Shown here one piece after another: positions 19,068 to 29,195 of a DNA stretch of 64,000 nucleotides (position 1 is its first letter; every line of letters starts with the position of its first letter). Source of the DNA: a virus. The stretch spans positions 1-64,000 of the IMG/VR virus record IMGVR_UViG_3300028844_005756; one strand, given 5' to 3'. The translations under genes and the position numbers were made by a program. The notes beneath the pieces were generated by a model, which was not told where the DNA came from, made no database searches, and saw only the letters and a program-made list of their open reading frames with translations.

Positions 19068-19586
19068 ATGAATTTTAATTTAGTCACTGAAAAAGATAAT
19101 TTAGAATATCTTAAACAAGTATCAAATCCTTTTGATTTTAAGAATCCTCCCTATGACCCAACTGAATTAGCCAACACTATCTTTAATTACGTTAAAGGAG
19201 CGGAAGCATTTGGTGTTTCAGGAATTCAATTATCATTTCCATACCGTGTATTTGGTATTTTTATTGAAAATAACAAATTTCAAGTAATGTTCAATCCTAG
19301 ACTTATAGAAATTATAGACGATACAAAAGTAAATGAAAAAGAAGGATGCTTGAGTTTTCCAAATTTATTCCTAAATATAGGAAGACCAAAAATTATTAAT
19401 GTGGAATATCAAACAACTACTGGATTGATAAATAATATAGAATTATCTGATTATTTTGCAAGAGGCTTTTTACACGAATTAGATCATTTAAATGGCGTGG
19501 TGTTTACAGATTATGTAGGAAGACTTTCTCTTAAAATGACAAGAAAAAAATTGTATAAAAAAATGAAGAAGTATAAACAATCTTAA
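19068..19586 (+). CDS. def: peptide deformylase
   Basis: GVSGIQ, EGCLSFP, HELDHLNG. Confidence 0.93.
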   Translation: MNFNLVTEKDNLEYLKQVSNPFDFKNPPYDPTELANTIFNYVKGAEAFGVSGIQLSFPYRVFGIFIENNKFQVMFNPRLIEIIDDTKVNEKEGCLSFPNLFLNIGRPKIINVEYQTTTGLINNIELSDYFARGFLHELDHLNGVVFTDYVGRLSLKMTRKKLYKKMKKYKQS

Positions 19587-19599
19587 AAAGGATATTTAA

Positions 19600-20259
19600 A
19601 TGCCAAATTCAGCAGCATTTTTAGCTAAAGTAGCAGAAAAACCAAAGTGGATGACCGCACAAGAAAAAGCAAAAACATTTGCAGGTCCTGGTGGTTGGTA
19701 CATGAAAAATGGAAATCCAGCCGCAGCACCAGAATTAATAGAAACTATTCCAGGATTATCAAACATGATAGATTTTGATAGTGCTGGTAATTTAGTAGCT
19801 GATGTCGGAACAATTAAAACATTATCAGCTACATTGGTCAGAAGAAATAGAAGAGGATTTAATGTAGTTATTGGTTTAGAAGAACAATTTAAAAATGATA
19901 AAGCCAATAATGTTCAATTTGTGTTAGCACTGGCTTCAGGTGCAGCCACAACTACAGATGGTAATCCAATGCCTAATTTTTCACCCGGGGGAAGTAGTAT
20001 TGTTTATGAGCTTGCAGCTGGAGCTACAACAGGTAGATTATTATTTCAATTACCTTTGTTAGATGAAGTACCAGCTACATTAACACTTACATTTCCAGCA
20101 CCTGCTATGTTGATAGTAGAAGCTACTGTTGGACCAATTGGAGTACAAACACCAACTGCAATTACAGGTCTAACAGGATTTGTAGATAGTGAAAATAGAG
20201 CATTAGATACATTAGACCTAAATGGAGTATATGGTCCAAATGATACGATATCACTATAA
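19600..20259 (+). CDS. Ala/Gly-rich hypothetical, possible virion protein
   Basis: Composition, SD, downstream terminator. Confidence 0.5.
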   Translation: MPNSAAFLAKVAEKPKWMTAQEKAKTFAGPGGWYMKNGNPAAAPELIETIPGLSNMIDFDSAGNLVADVGTIKTLSATLVRRNRRGFNVVIGLEEQFKNDKANNVQFVLALASGAATTTDGNPMPNFSPGGSSIVYELAAGATTGRLLFQLPLLDEVPATLTLTFPAPAMLIVEATVGPIGVQTPTAITGLTGFVDSENRALDTLDLNGVYGPNDTISL

Positions 20260-20272
20260 ATAAGATTTGTCA

Positions 20273-20302
20273 ACGGCAGTTTTTATAACTGCCGTATTTT
20301 TT
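20273..20302 (+). terminator. rho-independent terminator
   Basis: ACGGCAGTT-tttat-AACTGCCGT followed by a T-tract. Confidence 0.7.
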
Positions 20303-20326
20303 CACTAAGATTGGAGAACATAGAAA

Positions 20327-20524
20327 ATGCGTGATAAAGCATATCGTAAAAAACAGGAAGCTAAGAAATCTTATAAAAAATTTGTTTCCGAAATGAAACA
20401 TGAGAAGTTTAAAAATCCTGTAAAAAGTTCTAAAAATAAAAAAATGAATTTGAATAAATTAGATTACGATAATTTGACAGAAGACGATATTTTAAACTTA
20501 GAACATATGACTGATGAGGAATAA
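20327..20524 (+). CDS. small basic hypothetical protein
   Basis: GGAG SD. Confidence 0.6.
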   Translation: MRDKAYRKKQEAKKSYKKFVSEMKHEKFKNPVKSSKNKKMNLNKLDYDNLTEDDILNLEHMTDEE

Positions 20525-20527
20525 TAA

Positions 20528-20980
20528 ATGAGTTATACTCTTGAAGAATTAAGAAAACTTTCAGTCGAGGAACAAAATACATTAAACTTGGAAAGAAATG
20601 TAACTAGACAACTAATTATTAGTGCTGATAGTATAATGAATGATTTTTTTAAAAAATATAAAAAACAAGAGTTTGTCGGACCTATAAGAAAAGATATTGT
20701 AGATGCTTCTAATAACATAAGAAACAATATAATGAAAATGCTTGAAAATAAATGTTCTGAAATACTTAAACAATTTAATGAAGATTATGAAAATTTCTGT
20801 GTTAAGTTCGGTTGGTATGAAAATTTAGGTGCAAAATTTAGACATAAAATAACAAGAGATGAACTTGCTTATGAGTTGTGTGAAATTATAAGAAAAATTT
20901 ATTATGTTTATGTAGAAGATAAATTTCCTAAAAATTATAAAATAGATATAATAGAAACATATCTACTGAAAGAAAAATAA
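20528..20980 (+). CDS. hypothetical protein
   Basis: Tiled ORF. Confidence 0.6.
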   Translation: MSYTLEELRKLSVEEQNTLNLERNVTRQLIISADSIMNDFFKKYKKQEFVGPIRKDIVDASNNIRNNIMKMLENKCSEILKQFNEDYENFCVKFGWYENLGAKFRHKITRDELAYELCEIIRKIYYVYVEDKFPKNYKIDIIETYLLKEK

Positions 20981-21195
20981 TGCAGAAAATTAATACAACA
21001 GATTTAATATTAACTACTCCTCAATGGTCTTCTTTTTGTGCTTCAGAAAAAGGTGTTAAAAAAGAAGTAATGCCAGATTTTGTTGTAGATAAAAGAACAA
21101 TAGTTGTAGACCCTATTTCAAAAAAGAAATTCTATAAATGTAGAATGGTTTCGGATAATGAAGTATATAAAGAAATTAAAAAATATTTAATGTGA
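20980..21195 (+). CDS. hypothetical protein
   Basis: TAATG coupling. Confidence 0.55.
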   Translation: MQKINTTDLILTTPQWSSFCASEKGVKKEVMPDFVVDKRTIVVDPISKKKFYKCRMVSDNEVYKEIKKYLM

Positions 21196-21201
21196 TTAAT
21201 T

Positions 21202-21375
21202 ATGATTTTTAAAAGAAAAGCTAACCAAATTTTTTGTTTTGATAGTGAAGAAGAATTAAAAGATTATTGTGCAGAAAATAATAACATTAATATAAAAATG
21301 TTTCAAGATTTTGATGTATCAAAATATAATAAAAGAAACAAAAGATTTGACAAAATAAAATCCAATAAAATTTAA
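21202..21375 (+). CDS. 57-aa hypothetical protein (not in ORF track)
   Basis: MIFKRKANQIFCFDSEEEL...; fills the gap between flanking ORFs. Confidence 0.45.
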   Translation: MIFKRKANQIFCFDSEEELKDYCAENNNINIKMFQDFDVSKYNKRNKRFDKIKSNKI

Positions 21376-21377
21376 AA

Positions 21378-21623
21378 ATGATTTCATTTCAAGGAAATGG
21401 AATGCATCACAATGTAAATTCAGATCACTACAAGATGTATCCCAAACATTTGCAAGAAGAGATGAGATTAATTGATGAACAATATCTGATAGTTGAGAGA
21501 TTGCAAATGGCAGACAAATTACCAGAATATCCTATTCCCGATTTTCCGCTTTCATGTGCAATGTTATATGAATTGTTTTTTGGTAAAAATAAAAAAATAA
21601 AAATTTATAAAAAAAGTCCTTGA
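21378..21623 (+). CDS. hypothetical protein
   Basis: Tiled ORF. Confidence 0.5.
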   Translation: MISFQGNGMHHNVNSDHYKMYPKHLQEEMRLIDEQYLIVERLQMADKLPEYPIPDFPLSCAMLYELFFGKNKKIKIYKKSP

Positions 21624-21648
21624 CTTTTTGATTCTCTTGTGATATACT
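21620..21648 (+). promoter_or_regulatory. sigma70-like early promoter
   Basis: TTGACT-17-TATACT with extended TG. Confidence 0.75.
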
Positions 21649-21685
21649 CTTTCCATTAGTCAGAAAACCCACCTTGGAGAACTAT

Positions 21686-24190
21686 ATGTCTATGGAAATA
21701 TACAGTGACAGTTTGGCAAAATTGTTTGCCGCTGAGAATATTGGTGTAGAAATCAAGAAAACATCAACAGCATATTTTGATGTCAAGAATCGCAGAATGA
21801 CATTTCCAACTTGGATTCTAGAACTGCCTGTTGCCTCCCGTGAACTCCTCATGTTGCATGAAGCATCACATGCTCTCCACACACCTGAATTTGGTACTCA
21901 TGAAAAAGCCAAAGAATATGAGCAAGTTTTCAGAACTATTCTAAATGTTTTGGAAGACAAACGCATAGAAGATATGATGAAAGAAAAGTTTCCCGGTTCA
22001 AAAGCCACATTTATTCGTGGATTTTTTGAGCTTGTGAACAAGAACTTTTTTGGCATTCGTTTTCATGACAGTACAGAAGAACTTAGTTTAATTGATAGAA
22101 TGAATCTACATTTTAAAGGTGATTATTACTTTGAATGTGAATTCACAGAAGAGGAGCAATATTGGGTAGACCGCGCCGTACAAAATAAGACCTTTGAGGA
22201 AGTGTATCAAAATGCTCTAGAATTGTTTGAGTGGATTAAAAAAGAATACTCTAAAGAAGTGTTGGAAAACATCAAATTCAATTTGGATGATTTGCAATTT
22301 GGTGATAGTGATTATGATGTTGATGGTAATCCAATTCAAATGGATTTAGACAAAGTTAAAGAATCTATTGGTGAAGAAGCATTTGAAGAATTGATGAACG
22401 CAATTGAAGAGAATAGAAAAGAAGATGCGGAAAATATTATCAATCAAAATCTAAAGGATGATAGACTAGATTTTGCTGAGAATAATTCTGCGAAAACAGA
22501 TCAGAATTGGGAAAAGAACCAAGAAAATTTCATGAAGGATAGAGAGAATCAATACAATTCTTTCTCATACCGACATCCGCTAAATCTTAATATTCCAAGA
22601 AGAATCAATTGTGATGATTTTATTGTTAAAAATAGAGTTGTCACTGAAACATTAACAGAAAATTTTTCATATCTTTCCGATACAGAAAGAGAAAGTTTTC
22701 AAAACTTTATGAAAAAGCATAAAGATTCTATGCGACAGATTCTCTCTCATATGGTTAGAGAATTTTATCGCAAAAAAGCTGCAGAAGATTATCGTAGAAC
22801 GCAAGAATCTAAAACTGGTAATCTTGACTTGCACAAATTACCACATTACAAATATAATTCCGATTTGTTCCTAAACAAGTCTGTGATAAAAGATGAAAAA
22901 AATCATGGGTTTGTGTTGCTTCTAGATTGGTCTGGCTCCATGAGTTCAATCATGACCAATGCAATTTTACAATTAATCAATAAAGTTACTTTCTGTAAAG
23001 CGATTGATGTTCCATTTGTAGCATATGCATTTTCATCCGAAGCAGGAAAAAGCTATGATACTCCACAAGATATTGTGGTACATGCAACAGATGAAAATGA
23101 TTTAAGAATCGGTTATACTTATAAACTAATAGAGTTGTGTGATTCTACTAGAAAGAATTATGAAGAACAACTCCGAAATCTATATTATCTTGCATATTGC
23201 TTCATCAATAATAACATGATACCAGTTCATAGATATACATCAATGAAAAATTCTTGTGATGAATATCTACGCATACATGGTAATGAAAAAGTAGATTCAT
23301 TTCCTCAACAAAATTGGAGAGTAAGACAATTAGAACAATCTGTTGTTTTGAGTGATTTGTTTGAATTGGGTTCTACTCCACTGAACGATAGTTTAGTATT
23401 GATGAACCACGTATTACCCAAAACACAACAACGTATGAATGTGGATATCATGAACTTCATTACCATTACAGATGGTGATAGTGATTTTATTCAATCCCCA
23501 GCAAAGGTTAGCGATTCAAAGACATACAAACAAAATTGTCATCCGAAGAAAAATACCGAAACTTATACTGAGGACTCTATTGAAATTGATAAATTATATA
23601 CAATTTTTGGAAGAAATGGTACAGCATCTAATAGACGGGGTGATAACACAATTTTCTTACGTTCACTGTATTCAGATAAGATCTATGATTTAACAATGCC
23701 AGAAATGAAAGATGGTGGATATGGCCATTCAAAGAGCAGAGAACGTACACGTACATTTGCTAAAGTATTGAAACAAGAAACCGGTGCGAATGTTATTAGC
23801 ATTGAGTTGCTACCTAATAACAACAACTCTTTCAAAAAAACCATCATGTCAATGTATAACACTGATGATTTTGAAAAAATTGAAAAAATCTCCGCTGATT
23901 ATCGCAAGAATGGTTTTGCAGTAATTGAAAATGGCTATGACAAAATCTTTGCAGTGAACACAAATGTAATCTGTGAAGAATCATACAATCGTAATTACTA
24001 TTACGATGTTTCTAATCTAGATGAAGAACGTGATTATTTTGATGATATCACTCAAACTAAGGATGGTAAATATACTACCAAACAATTGAAGAATGCACTT
24101 GTGAAAAATTCTTCTCAAAAAGCAAAACGGAAGTTCCTTGCTTCCAGAATTGTTGATATTATTTCCGATAAACAGAAAATTTCTGCTTGA
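21686..24190 (+). CDS. CobT-like metallopeptidase/VWA protein
   Basis: TAYFDVKNR, HEASHALHTP, NVLEDKRIE, LLDWSGSM MIDAS, TPL, ITDGD. Confidence 0.85.
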   Translation: MSMEIYSDSLAKLFAAENIGVEIKKTSTAYFDVKNRRMTFPTWILELPVASRELLMLHEASHALHTPEFGTHEKAKEYEQVFRTILNVLEDKRIEDMMKEKFPGSKATFIRGFFELVNKNFFGIRFHDSTEELSLIDRMNLHFKGDYYFECEFTEEEQYWVDRAVQNKTFEEVYQNALELFEWIKKEYSKEVLENIKFNLDDLQFGDSDYDVDGNPIQMDLDKVKESIGEEAFEELMNAIEENRKEDAENIINQNLKDDRLDFAENNSAKTDQNWEKNQENFMKDRENQYNSFSYRHPLNLNIPRRINCDDFIVKNRVVTETLTENFSYLSDTERESFQNFMKKHKDSMRQILSHMVREFYRKKAAEDYRRTQESKTGNLDLHKLPHYKYNSDLFLNKSVIKDEKNHGFVLLLDWSGSMSSIMTNAILQLINKVTFCKAIDVPFVAYAFSSEAGKSYDTPQDIVVHATDENDLRIGYTYKLIELCDSTRKNYEEQLRNLYYLAYCFINNNMIPVHRYTSMKNSCDEYLRIHGNEKVDSFPQQNWRVRQLEQSVVLSDLFELGSTPLNDSLVLMNHVLPKTQQRMNVDIMNFITITDGDSDFIQSPAKVSDSKTYKQNCHPKKNTETYTEDSIEIDKLYTIFGRNGTASNRRGDNTIFLRSLYSDKIYDLTMPEMKDGGYGHSKSRERTRTFAKVLKQETGANVISIELLPNNNNSFKKTIMSMYNTDDFEKIEKISADYRKNGFAVIENGYDKIFAVNTNVICEESYNRNYYYDVSNLDEERDYFDDITQTKDGKYTTKQLKNALVKNSSQKAKRKFLASRIVDIISDKQKISA

Positions 24191-24231
24191 CATTTCTCCA
24201 CAACACTGATATACTATTTCAGTGTTGTGGA
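24187..24231 (+). promoter_or_regulatory. early promoter with a perfect 13-bp inverted repeat around the -10 box
   Basis: TTGACA-17-TATACT; TCCACAACACTGA / TCAGTGTTGTGGA. Confidence 0.8.
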
Positions 24232-24257
24232 TTTCCCCTATAATCAAGGAGATTATT

Positions 24258-25586
24258 ATGAGCCGTGAGATTGAACTTGTACGTGAACACCTGAATAATG
24301 ACGTTGCTACTCGCAAAGAGATTGTTGTTGCTGCTAAAGAACTTGGAATCAAACATGGTCCTGTGTTGCGAAAAGCAGAGAAAATTTCTCATGGTGTTTA
24401 TAAATTGGAGACTGTATTGAAAAAGACCCCACCTGTTAAAGAAAAAGTTGTAAATTTTCGGCCTAAACAAGAAGAGGTGAGTAAAGGTTATATACCTGAA
24501 AAAGACCCTTGCTTTGTTGCTTTTGGAGACTTCAGCGTAGTAGATGCCGTAATTGCATCCAAACGTTTCATGCCTGTCGTAATTACTGGCGATTCTGGTA
24601 ATGGCAAGACTAAAATGGTAGAGCAAGCTTGTGCCAAAAACAAGCGTAATTTCTATCGTATGAATATTACTGTTGAAACAGATGAGATGGATATTCTTGG
24701 CCACTACAATCTGATTAATGGTGAAACAGTATGGGAGGACTCCCCACTAGTGGAAGCCGCTAAAGTTGGTGGCATTGTATTACTAGATGAAATCTTTGCT
24801 GGCAATCCAGCACGGATGTTGGCATTGCAAGGTATTCTAGAAGGCAAGCCATTTCTAATCAAGAAAACTGGTGAACGTGTTATTCCGGCAGAAGGATTCA
24901 ATATTATTGCAACTGACAATACAAAGGGGAATGGTTCTGAATCTGGACGTTACATCGGAACTAACATTCAAAACACCGCATTTCTTGAGCGATTTGTAAT
25001 GTGTATTGACCATGACTATCCACCAAAAGCTAAAGAAATCAAGATGTTGGATAAGTACATTGAAGTATACAATATCAATATTGATGATAAGGATTATACA
25101 AATAAACTTGCGCAATGGGCAGAAGTCACTCGCAAATCTTACAAAGATGGTGCAATTGATGAACTTGTAACAACACGGAGATTGTTTCATATTTTGAACA
25201 TTTATTCCGTATTGAACGATAAAGAAAAAGCTATTCAATACGCAATCTCTAGATTTGATGAAGAAGTGCGAGATTCCTTCTTATCACTTTATAAAAAGAT
25301 TGATGAAACTGTTGTTGACCCTAATCATCAACCAATTGAAAAGGAAAACCTAGTAACATTAGACCAACTTATAGATGAAGTTTTTGATGAGAAAGAAAAA
25401 CAACATTATTTATTAGATTCTGCTGATTATGATGAAAGGCATAAGTTGTTCAAATTATATCTTGAAACTTTGGAAGAATATACAGAATTAGAGCAATCTT
25501 ATGATAGAGTTTTGCAAGCCGATTTGATTTATCAACGAAAACTTTTAATTGAAAAATTGTGGAATATTTTTGATTCCGCTTCTTAA
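24258..25586 (+). CDS. cobS: CobS/MoxR-family AAA+ ATPase
   Basis: GDSGNGKT, ETDEMD..G, LLDE, NTKGNGSESGRYIGTN, FLERF, TRRL. Confidence 0.88.
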   Translation: MSREIELVREHLNNDVATRKEIVVAAKELGIKHGPVLRKAEKISHGVYKLETVLKKTPPVKEKVVNFRPKQEEVSKGYIPEKDPCFVAFGDFSVVDAVIASKRFMPVVITGDSGNGKTKMVEQACAKNKRNFYRMNITVETDEMDILGHYNLINGETVWEDSPLVEAAKVGGIVLLDEIFAGNPARMLALQGILEGKPFLIKKTGERVIPAEGFNIIATDNTKGNGSESGRYIGTNIQNTAFLERFVMCIDHDYPPKAKEIKMLDKYIEVYNINIDDKDYTNKLAQWAEVTRKSYKDGAIDELVTTRRLFHILNIYSVLNDKEKAIQYAISRFDEEVRDSFLSLYKKIDETVVDPNHQPIEKENLVTLDQLIDEVFDEKEKQHYLLDSADYDERHKLFKLYLETLEEYTELEQSYDRVLQADLIYQRKLLIEKLWNIFDSAS

Positions 25587-25594
25587 AACATCCT

Positions 25595-25639
25595 AAATAG
25601 TAGAGAAACAGTGGTAGTGTAAGTGTTCTCTACTATTTT
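25595..25639 (+). terminator. hairpin / possible terminator
   Basis: AAATAGTAGAGAA...TTCTCTACTATTT inverted repeat. Confidence 0.45.
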
Positions 25640-25663
25640 ATTAATTTATTTTGGAGTATATTA

Positions 25664-26563
25664 ATGGCTGAAGCAGAAAATACTGGTAATGTGTCCCCAG
25701 GTATGAAAACACAATTAGAACCTAAAGACTTTGAAGGTAAAAGTTTGATGGTTTGTATGCCTTGTTATGGTGGAATGATGGTAGCTGAAACAGCATCTCG
25801 CCTAATTGACCTCAACACTCTTTGTTCTTATTTCGGAATTAAACTTCAGTGTAAATTTATTATGAATGAAAGTTTGATTCAGAGAGCCAGAAACTATCTC
25901 ACGCATTATTTTGAAATTTCCGATTTCACTCATATGATGTTTATTGATGCTGATATTGTTTTTGATCCAAGAGATGTATTACATTTATTACATCTTTCAG
26001 ATGAAGACCATCAAGTCATTGGTGGACTTTATCCTAAAAAACATATTCTTTGGCCGAGAGTAGATAAGGCAGCAAAGGTTCCCGGATTTTTAGATGATCC
26101 TAATAAATTATCAGAATTTGGTGGGGATTTCGTTTTTAATCCCGCACATAGAGGTGAAATTGAAATTTTTAAGCCTGTAGAAGTTTTAGAAATCGGAACT
26201 GGTTTTATGATGATTAGTAAAACTGCACTAGAAACATATCGTAATGCATATCCTAATTATGAATATAGACCAGACCATAATCATTCAAAAGATTTTAATG
26301 GTTCAAAAAATATTACTGCATATTTTCATGTAGACTTCGACAGACCAGATACAACTGGTGGTGAAACTAATCGTCTTCTTTCTGAAGATTATTTCTTTTG
26401 TCAAATGTCACGTAAAGCAGGAACTAAAATCTGGGCATGTCCTTGGATGCAATTGAGTCATGTAGGAACTTACGTATATCGTGGTTCTGTACAAGCACTT
26501 GCTGCAATGGAACAAGTGAGTACAAGACAACAAGAAATTCCTACAATTGATATTAAAGGTTAA
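25664..26563 (+). CDS. GT-A glycosyltransferase-like protein
   Basis: PCYGG, NESLIQRARN, FIDADI (DxD), GTGFM, LSEDYFFC. Confidence 0.75.
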   Translation: MAEAENTGNVSPGMKTQLEPKDFEGKSLMVCMPCYGGMMVAETASRLIDLNTLCSYFGIKLQCKFIMNESLIQRARNYLTHYFEISDFTHMMFIDADIVFDPRDVLHLLHLSDEDHQVIGGLYPKKHILWPRVDKAAKVPGFLDDPNKLSEFGGDFVFNPAHRGEIEIFKPVEVLEIGTGFMMISKTALETYRNAYPNYEYRPDHNHSKDFNGSKNITAYFHVDFDRPDTTGGETNRLLSEDYFFCQMSRKAGTKIWACPWMQLSHVGTYVYRGSVQALAAMEQVSTRQQEIPTIDIKG

Positions 26564-26596
26564 AAAAACTTTACTTTTTTAAAATTATATGGTATA

Positions 26597-26851
26597 ATGT
26601 TGATATATATTCAACCACATGAATTATTAGGACGGTTTAAAAATAATCAAGAATTAATTGAAAGTATGTATAATCTTGGAATAGATTATGAGACAAACAC
26701 ATTAGATTGTGTATTTGAAGATGAGTGTGTTCCAGTTTTTAGTTTTAAGAAATATGGTTTTCTCCAAGATAATCGTTGGAGTACTTACGAAATTTCTAAA
26801 GGTTCGGCTGGTATTTTAATTGAAATTGTGATCTCAAAAGAGGAGTATTAA
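26597..26851 (+). CDS. hypothetical protein
   Basis: ORF upstream of gp45; start overlaps a TATAAT box. Confidence 0.45.
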   Translation: MLIYIQPHELLGRFKNNQELIESMYNLGIDYETNTLDCVFEDECVPVFSFKKYGFLQDNRWSTYEISKGSAGILIEIVISKEEY

Positions 26852-26853
26852 TT

Positions 26854-27555
26854 ATGATGAAACTTTCAAAATCAGACCTATTGTTCTTATCTAACTTTGC
26901 TTCAATCAATGAATCAATTCATATCTATGAAGGAGCAATGCAAAGTACAGTTGCCAATTCTGGAAATTTATTTGCATTTGCCTCCTTTGATGAGGATTTT
27001 CCAAAAGAGTTTTGTATCTTTGATTTAAATCATTTTATTTCTGTGTACTCTTTAGTTTCATCTACAGGAGATACAGTTTTAGAATTTCCAGAAGATAAAC
27101 AATATCTGGTAATTAAATCAGATAAAACAAGCCAAGACATTCGCTTTTGTGATGCCAAACTTGTAGAAGAATTAGATAGAAATAAAAAGTATGTAATTGA
27201 AAAACCAGATATTGTATTTACAATTAGTGAGTCATTATTAGAGTATGGTAAAAAATCTGCCGCTATTAATGGTTTTACTAATTTAGTTTTTGAAGGTGAT
27301 GAAACTGATATCTATATGGTTTCTGAAACCATTACAAATAATAGTAATAATTCTTCTGAAAGACATCGTAGAAAAATTGAACAATCAAATACATCCGGAC
27401 AATCATTTTCTGCTGTATTTGAAGTTTCTAAATTAAAAATGTTGAGTGATGATTATGAAGTGAGAATTGCTGCAAAGGGCGGAGCACAGTTTACATCAAA
27501 AAATCGTGATTATAAATTTTTTGTAGCACTTCAACAACCCGTAACTTTTGAATAG
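26854..27555 (+). CDS. sliding clamp gp45
   Basis: NFASIN, FPKEFCIFDLNHF, LKMLSDDYEV; synteny. Confidence 0.9.
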   Translation: MMKLSKSDLLFLSNFASINESIHIYEGAMQSTVANSGNLFAFASFDEDFPKEFCIFDLNHFISVYSLVSSTGDTVLEFPEDKQYLVIKSDKTSQDIRFCDAKLVEELDRNKKYVIEKPDIVFTISESLLEYGKKSAAINGFTNLVFEGDETDIYMVSETITNNSNNSSERHRRKIEQSNTSGQSFSAVFEVSKLKMLSDDYEVRIAAKGGAQFTSKNRDYKFFVALQQPVTFE

Positions 27556-27562
27556 GATTAAT

Positions 27563-27871
27563 ATGTCTTATAATGTTTGTTCCTGTAAACTTTCTACAGG
27601 TGAAGAAATTATTGCTAAAATAGATGAAGGTCAAAATTTTTTAAACCAATCCGGCATTATAGAACTAAAACAACCTTTTGTGTTAATACAAACACAGCAG
27701 GGTATTGGAGTTATGCCTTGGATAAACACAGGTTCAACAGAATCGGTAACAATTAAAACAAGTCACGTTGTTACAATTGTTAAGACTAAATCAGAAGTAG
27801 AAGCTATGTATGTTAAAGCAACTTCAGGTATTGATATTGCAACAACAGATGCATCCTCTATTATCATGTAA
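27563..27871 (+). CDS. conserved T4-like hypothetical protein (Sm-like fold)
   Basis: KLSTGEEIIA...PW...Y..ATSGI. Confidence 0.65.
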   Translation: MSYNVCSCKLSTGEEIIAKIDEGQNFLNQSGIIELKQPFVLIQTQQGIGVMPWINTGSTESVTIKTSHVVTIVKTKSEVEAMYVKATSGIDIATTDASSIIM

Positions 27872-27872
27872 T

Positions 27873-28445
27873 ATGAAAAACACGATTATAAGCTTGAGTG
27901 TACTTATGATATCCTCTATTACCATAAGTGCAAATGAAAAAACATCTAACATGTTTTATGATAACTCAAGATTTGAAAGAAGTGTAAAATATTGCATACT
28001 AAAGGCGAATAAAAAACAATATTTTGACTTTATAAAATCTATATTTTTGAAATATAATTTACCAAATAAATTAATTTTTATTCCTGTTATTGAAAGTTGT
28101 TTTAACCCCTATGCTAAATCTTCTCAAGGTGCATTAGGAATGTGGCAAATCAATGATATTACTGCCAGACATATTGGACTAAGAGAAGGTTTTTTCACAG
28201 ATGAAAGATATAACTGGAAAAAATCTACAGTTGCTGCAGCAAAATATTTATTATTTTTAAAAGAAAGATTTGATAGTTGGGAATTAGTTCTTGCGGCATA
28301 TAATGTAGGCCCAACTTTTTTGAAAAGTCAAATTGTAAAACATAAAACTTCTAATATTGAGAAATTGAAATTACCTAAAGAAACCAAAGATTATGTTTAT
28401 AAATTTAGAGCATTATTTAAATATTTAAAATTATCAAGGAGTTAA
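27873..28445 (+). CDS. lytic transglycosylase (SLT/MltD-like) with N-terminal signal
   Basis: IES, S..GA.GMWQ, DER, LAAYN.G, ET..YV. Confidence 0.88.
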   Translation: MKNTIISLSVLMISSITISANEKTSNMFYDNSRFERSVKYCILKANKKQYFDFIKSIFLKYNLPNKLIFIPVIESCFNPYAKSSQGALGMWQINDITARHIGLREGFFTDERYNWKKSTVAAAKYLLFLKERFDSWELVLAAYNVGPTFLKSQIVKHKTSNIEKLKLPKETKDYVYKFRALFKYLKLSRS

Positions 28446-28449
28446 TAGT

Positions 28450-28761
28450 ATGAGCAGCAATCAACCTAATAGTTTAACATCTGTTGTATTACCATCAGCA
28501 GAAGCAGATATTAAGGCAATTCAAAGAGTGTTAAAAGAAGTTTCTGATTGTATGACAAGAATTGATTCAGAAAAAGATTTTATTAAAGATGCTTTAGGTG
28601 ATTTATCAAAGCAATATCAAATTCCAAAAGTAATGTTAAATCGTGTAGCAAAAGCTTTTCATAAAAGAAATATTGCTGAAGAACGTGCAAAAACAGAGGA
28701 TGTTTTTTATTTGTATGATGGAATATTTTCTACCATAAAACAAGTAGAGAATGAAACATGA
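28450..28761 (+). CDS. dsDNA-binding protein (T4 DsbA-like)
   Basis: RIDSEKDFIKD...IPKVMLNRVAKAFHK. Confidence 0.7.
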   Translation: MSSNQPNSLTSVVLPSAEADIKAIQRVLKEVSDCMTRIDSEKDFIKDALGDLSKQYQIPKVMLNRVAKAFHKRNIAEERAKTEDVFYLYDGIFSTIKQVENET

Positions 28762-28850
28762 CTTCAATGATTTTATTTGCTATCGGACTTGGATTGGGTT
28801 TTGGTGCTGGCATTTACCTGTCAAAAAATGTGTTGACAACTAAAGAATAA
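28758..28850 (+). CDS. 30-aa membrane peptide (not in ORF track)
   Basis: MTSMILFAIGLGLGFGAGIYLSKNVLTTKE*; ATGA overlap. Confidence 0.45.
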   Translation: MTSMILFAIGLGLGFGAGIYLSKNVLTTKE

Positions 28851-28861
28851 TTTGTTATAAT
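28833..28861 (+). promoter_or_regulatory. sigma70 promoter
   Basis: TTGACA-17-TATAAT with TG. Confidence 0.7.
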
Positions 28862-28870
28862 GGAGTTGTT

Positions 28871-29065
28871 ATGAGAAGTAATAATAGGTTTGCAAAAGGA
28901 ATTCGTAGAAAAGGAGCAATTGAGCGACTTGAAAAGAATATTGCAGACTATGTGACTCTTATGAAAGAGACTAAAGACAAGGATACTTTGAAAAAATATG
29001 AGCAAAAAATTGAAAGGCATCGGACTGCCGTTGAGAATACAAAGAAGAATTTGAAAAATATTTAA
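28871..29065 (+). CDS. small basic hypothetical protein
   Basis: Promoter plus GGAG. Confidence 0.6.
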   Translation: MRSNNRFAKGIRRKGAIERLEKNIADYVTLMKETKDKDTLKKYEQKIERHRTAVENTKKNLKNI

Positions 29066-29195
29066 ATGGAGTTATATTTTGAACTACCTAAAAATAAACA
29101 AATGTCTTTAAACCTGGAGTATGCAGATGCCATACAAAAAAATGAATGAATAATTAATAGAGTGTAAATGCATAAATTTATATAATGGTATTATT

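Noticed and set aside
21686-25586. Cobalamin biosynthesis function
   Set aside because: No cobN; MoxR/VWA pairs are widespread in T4-like phages and more likely act as chaperones
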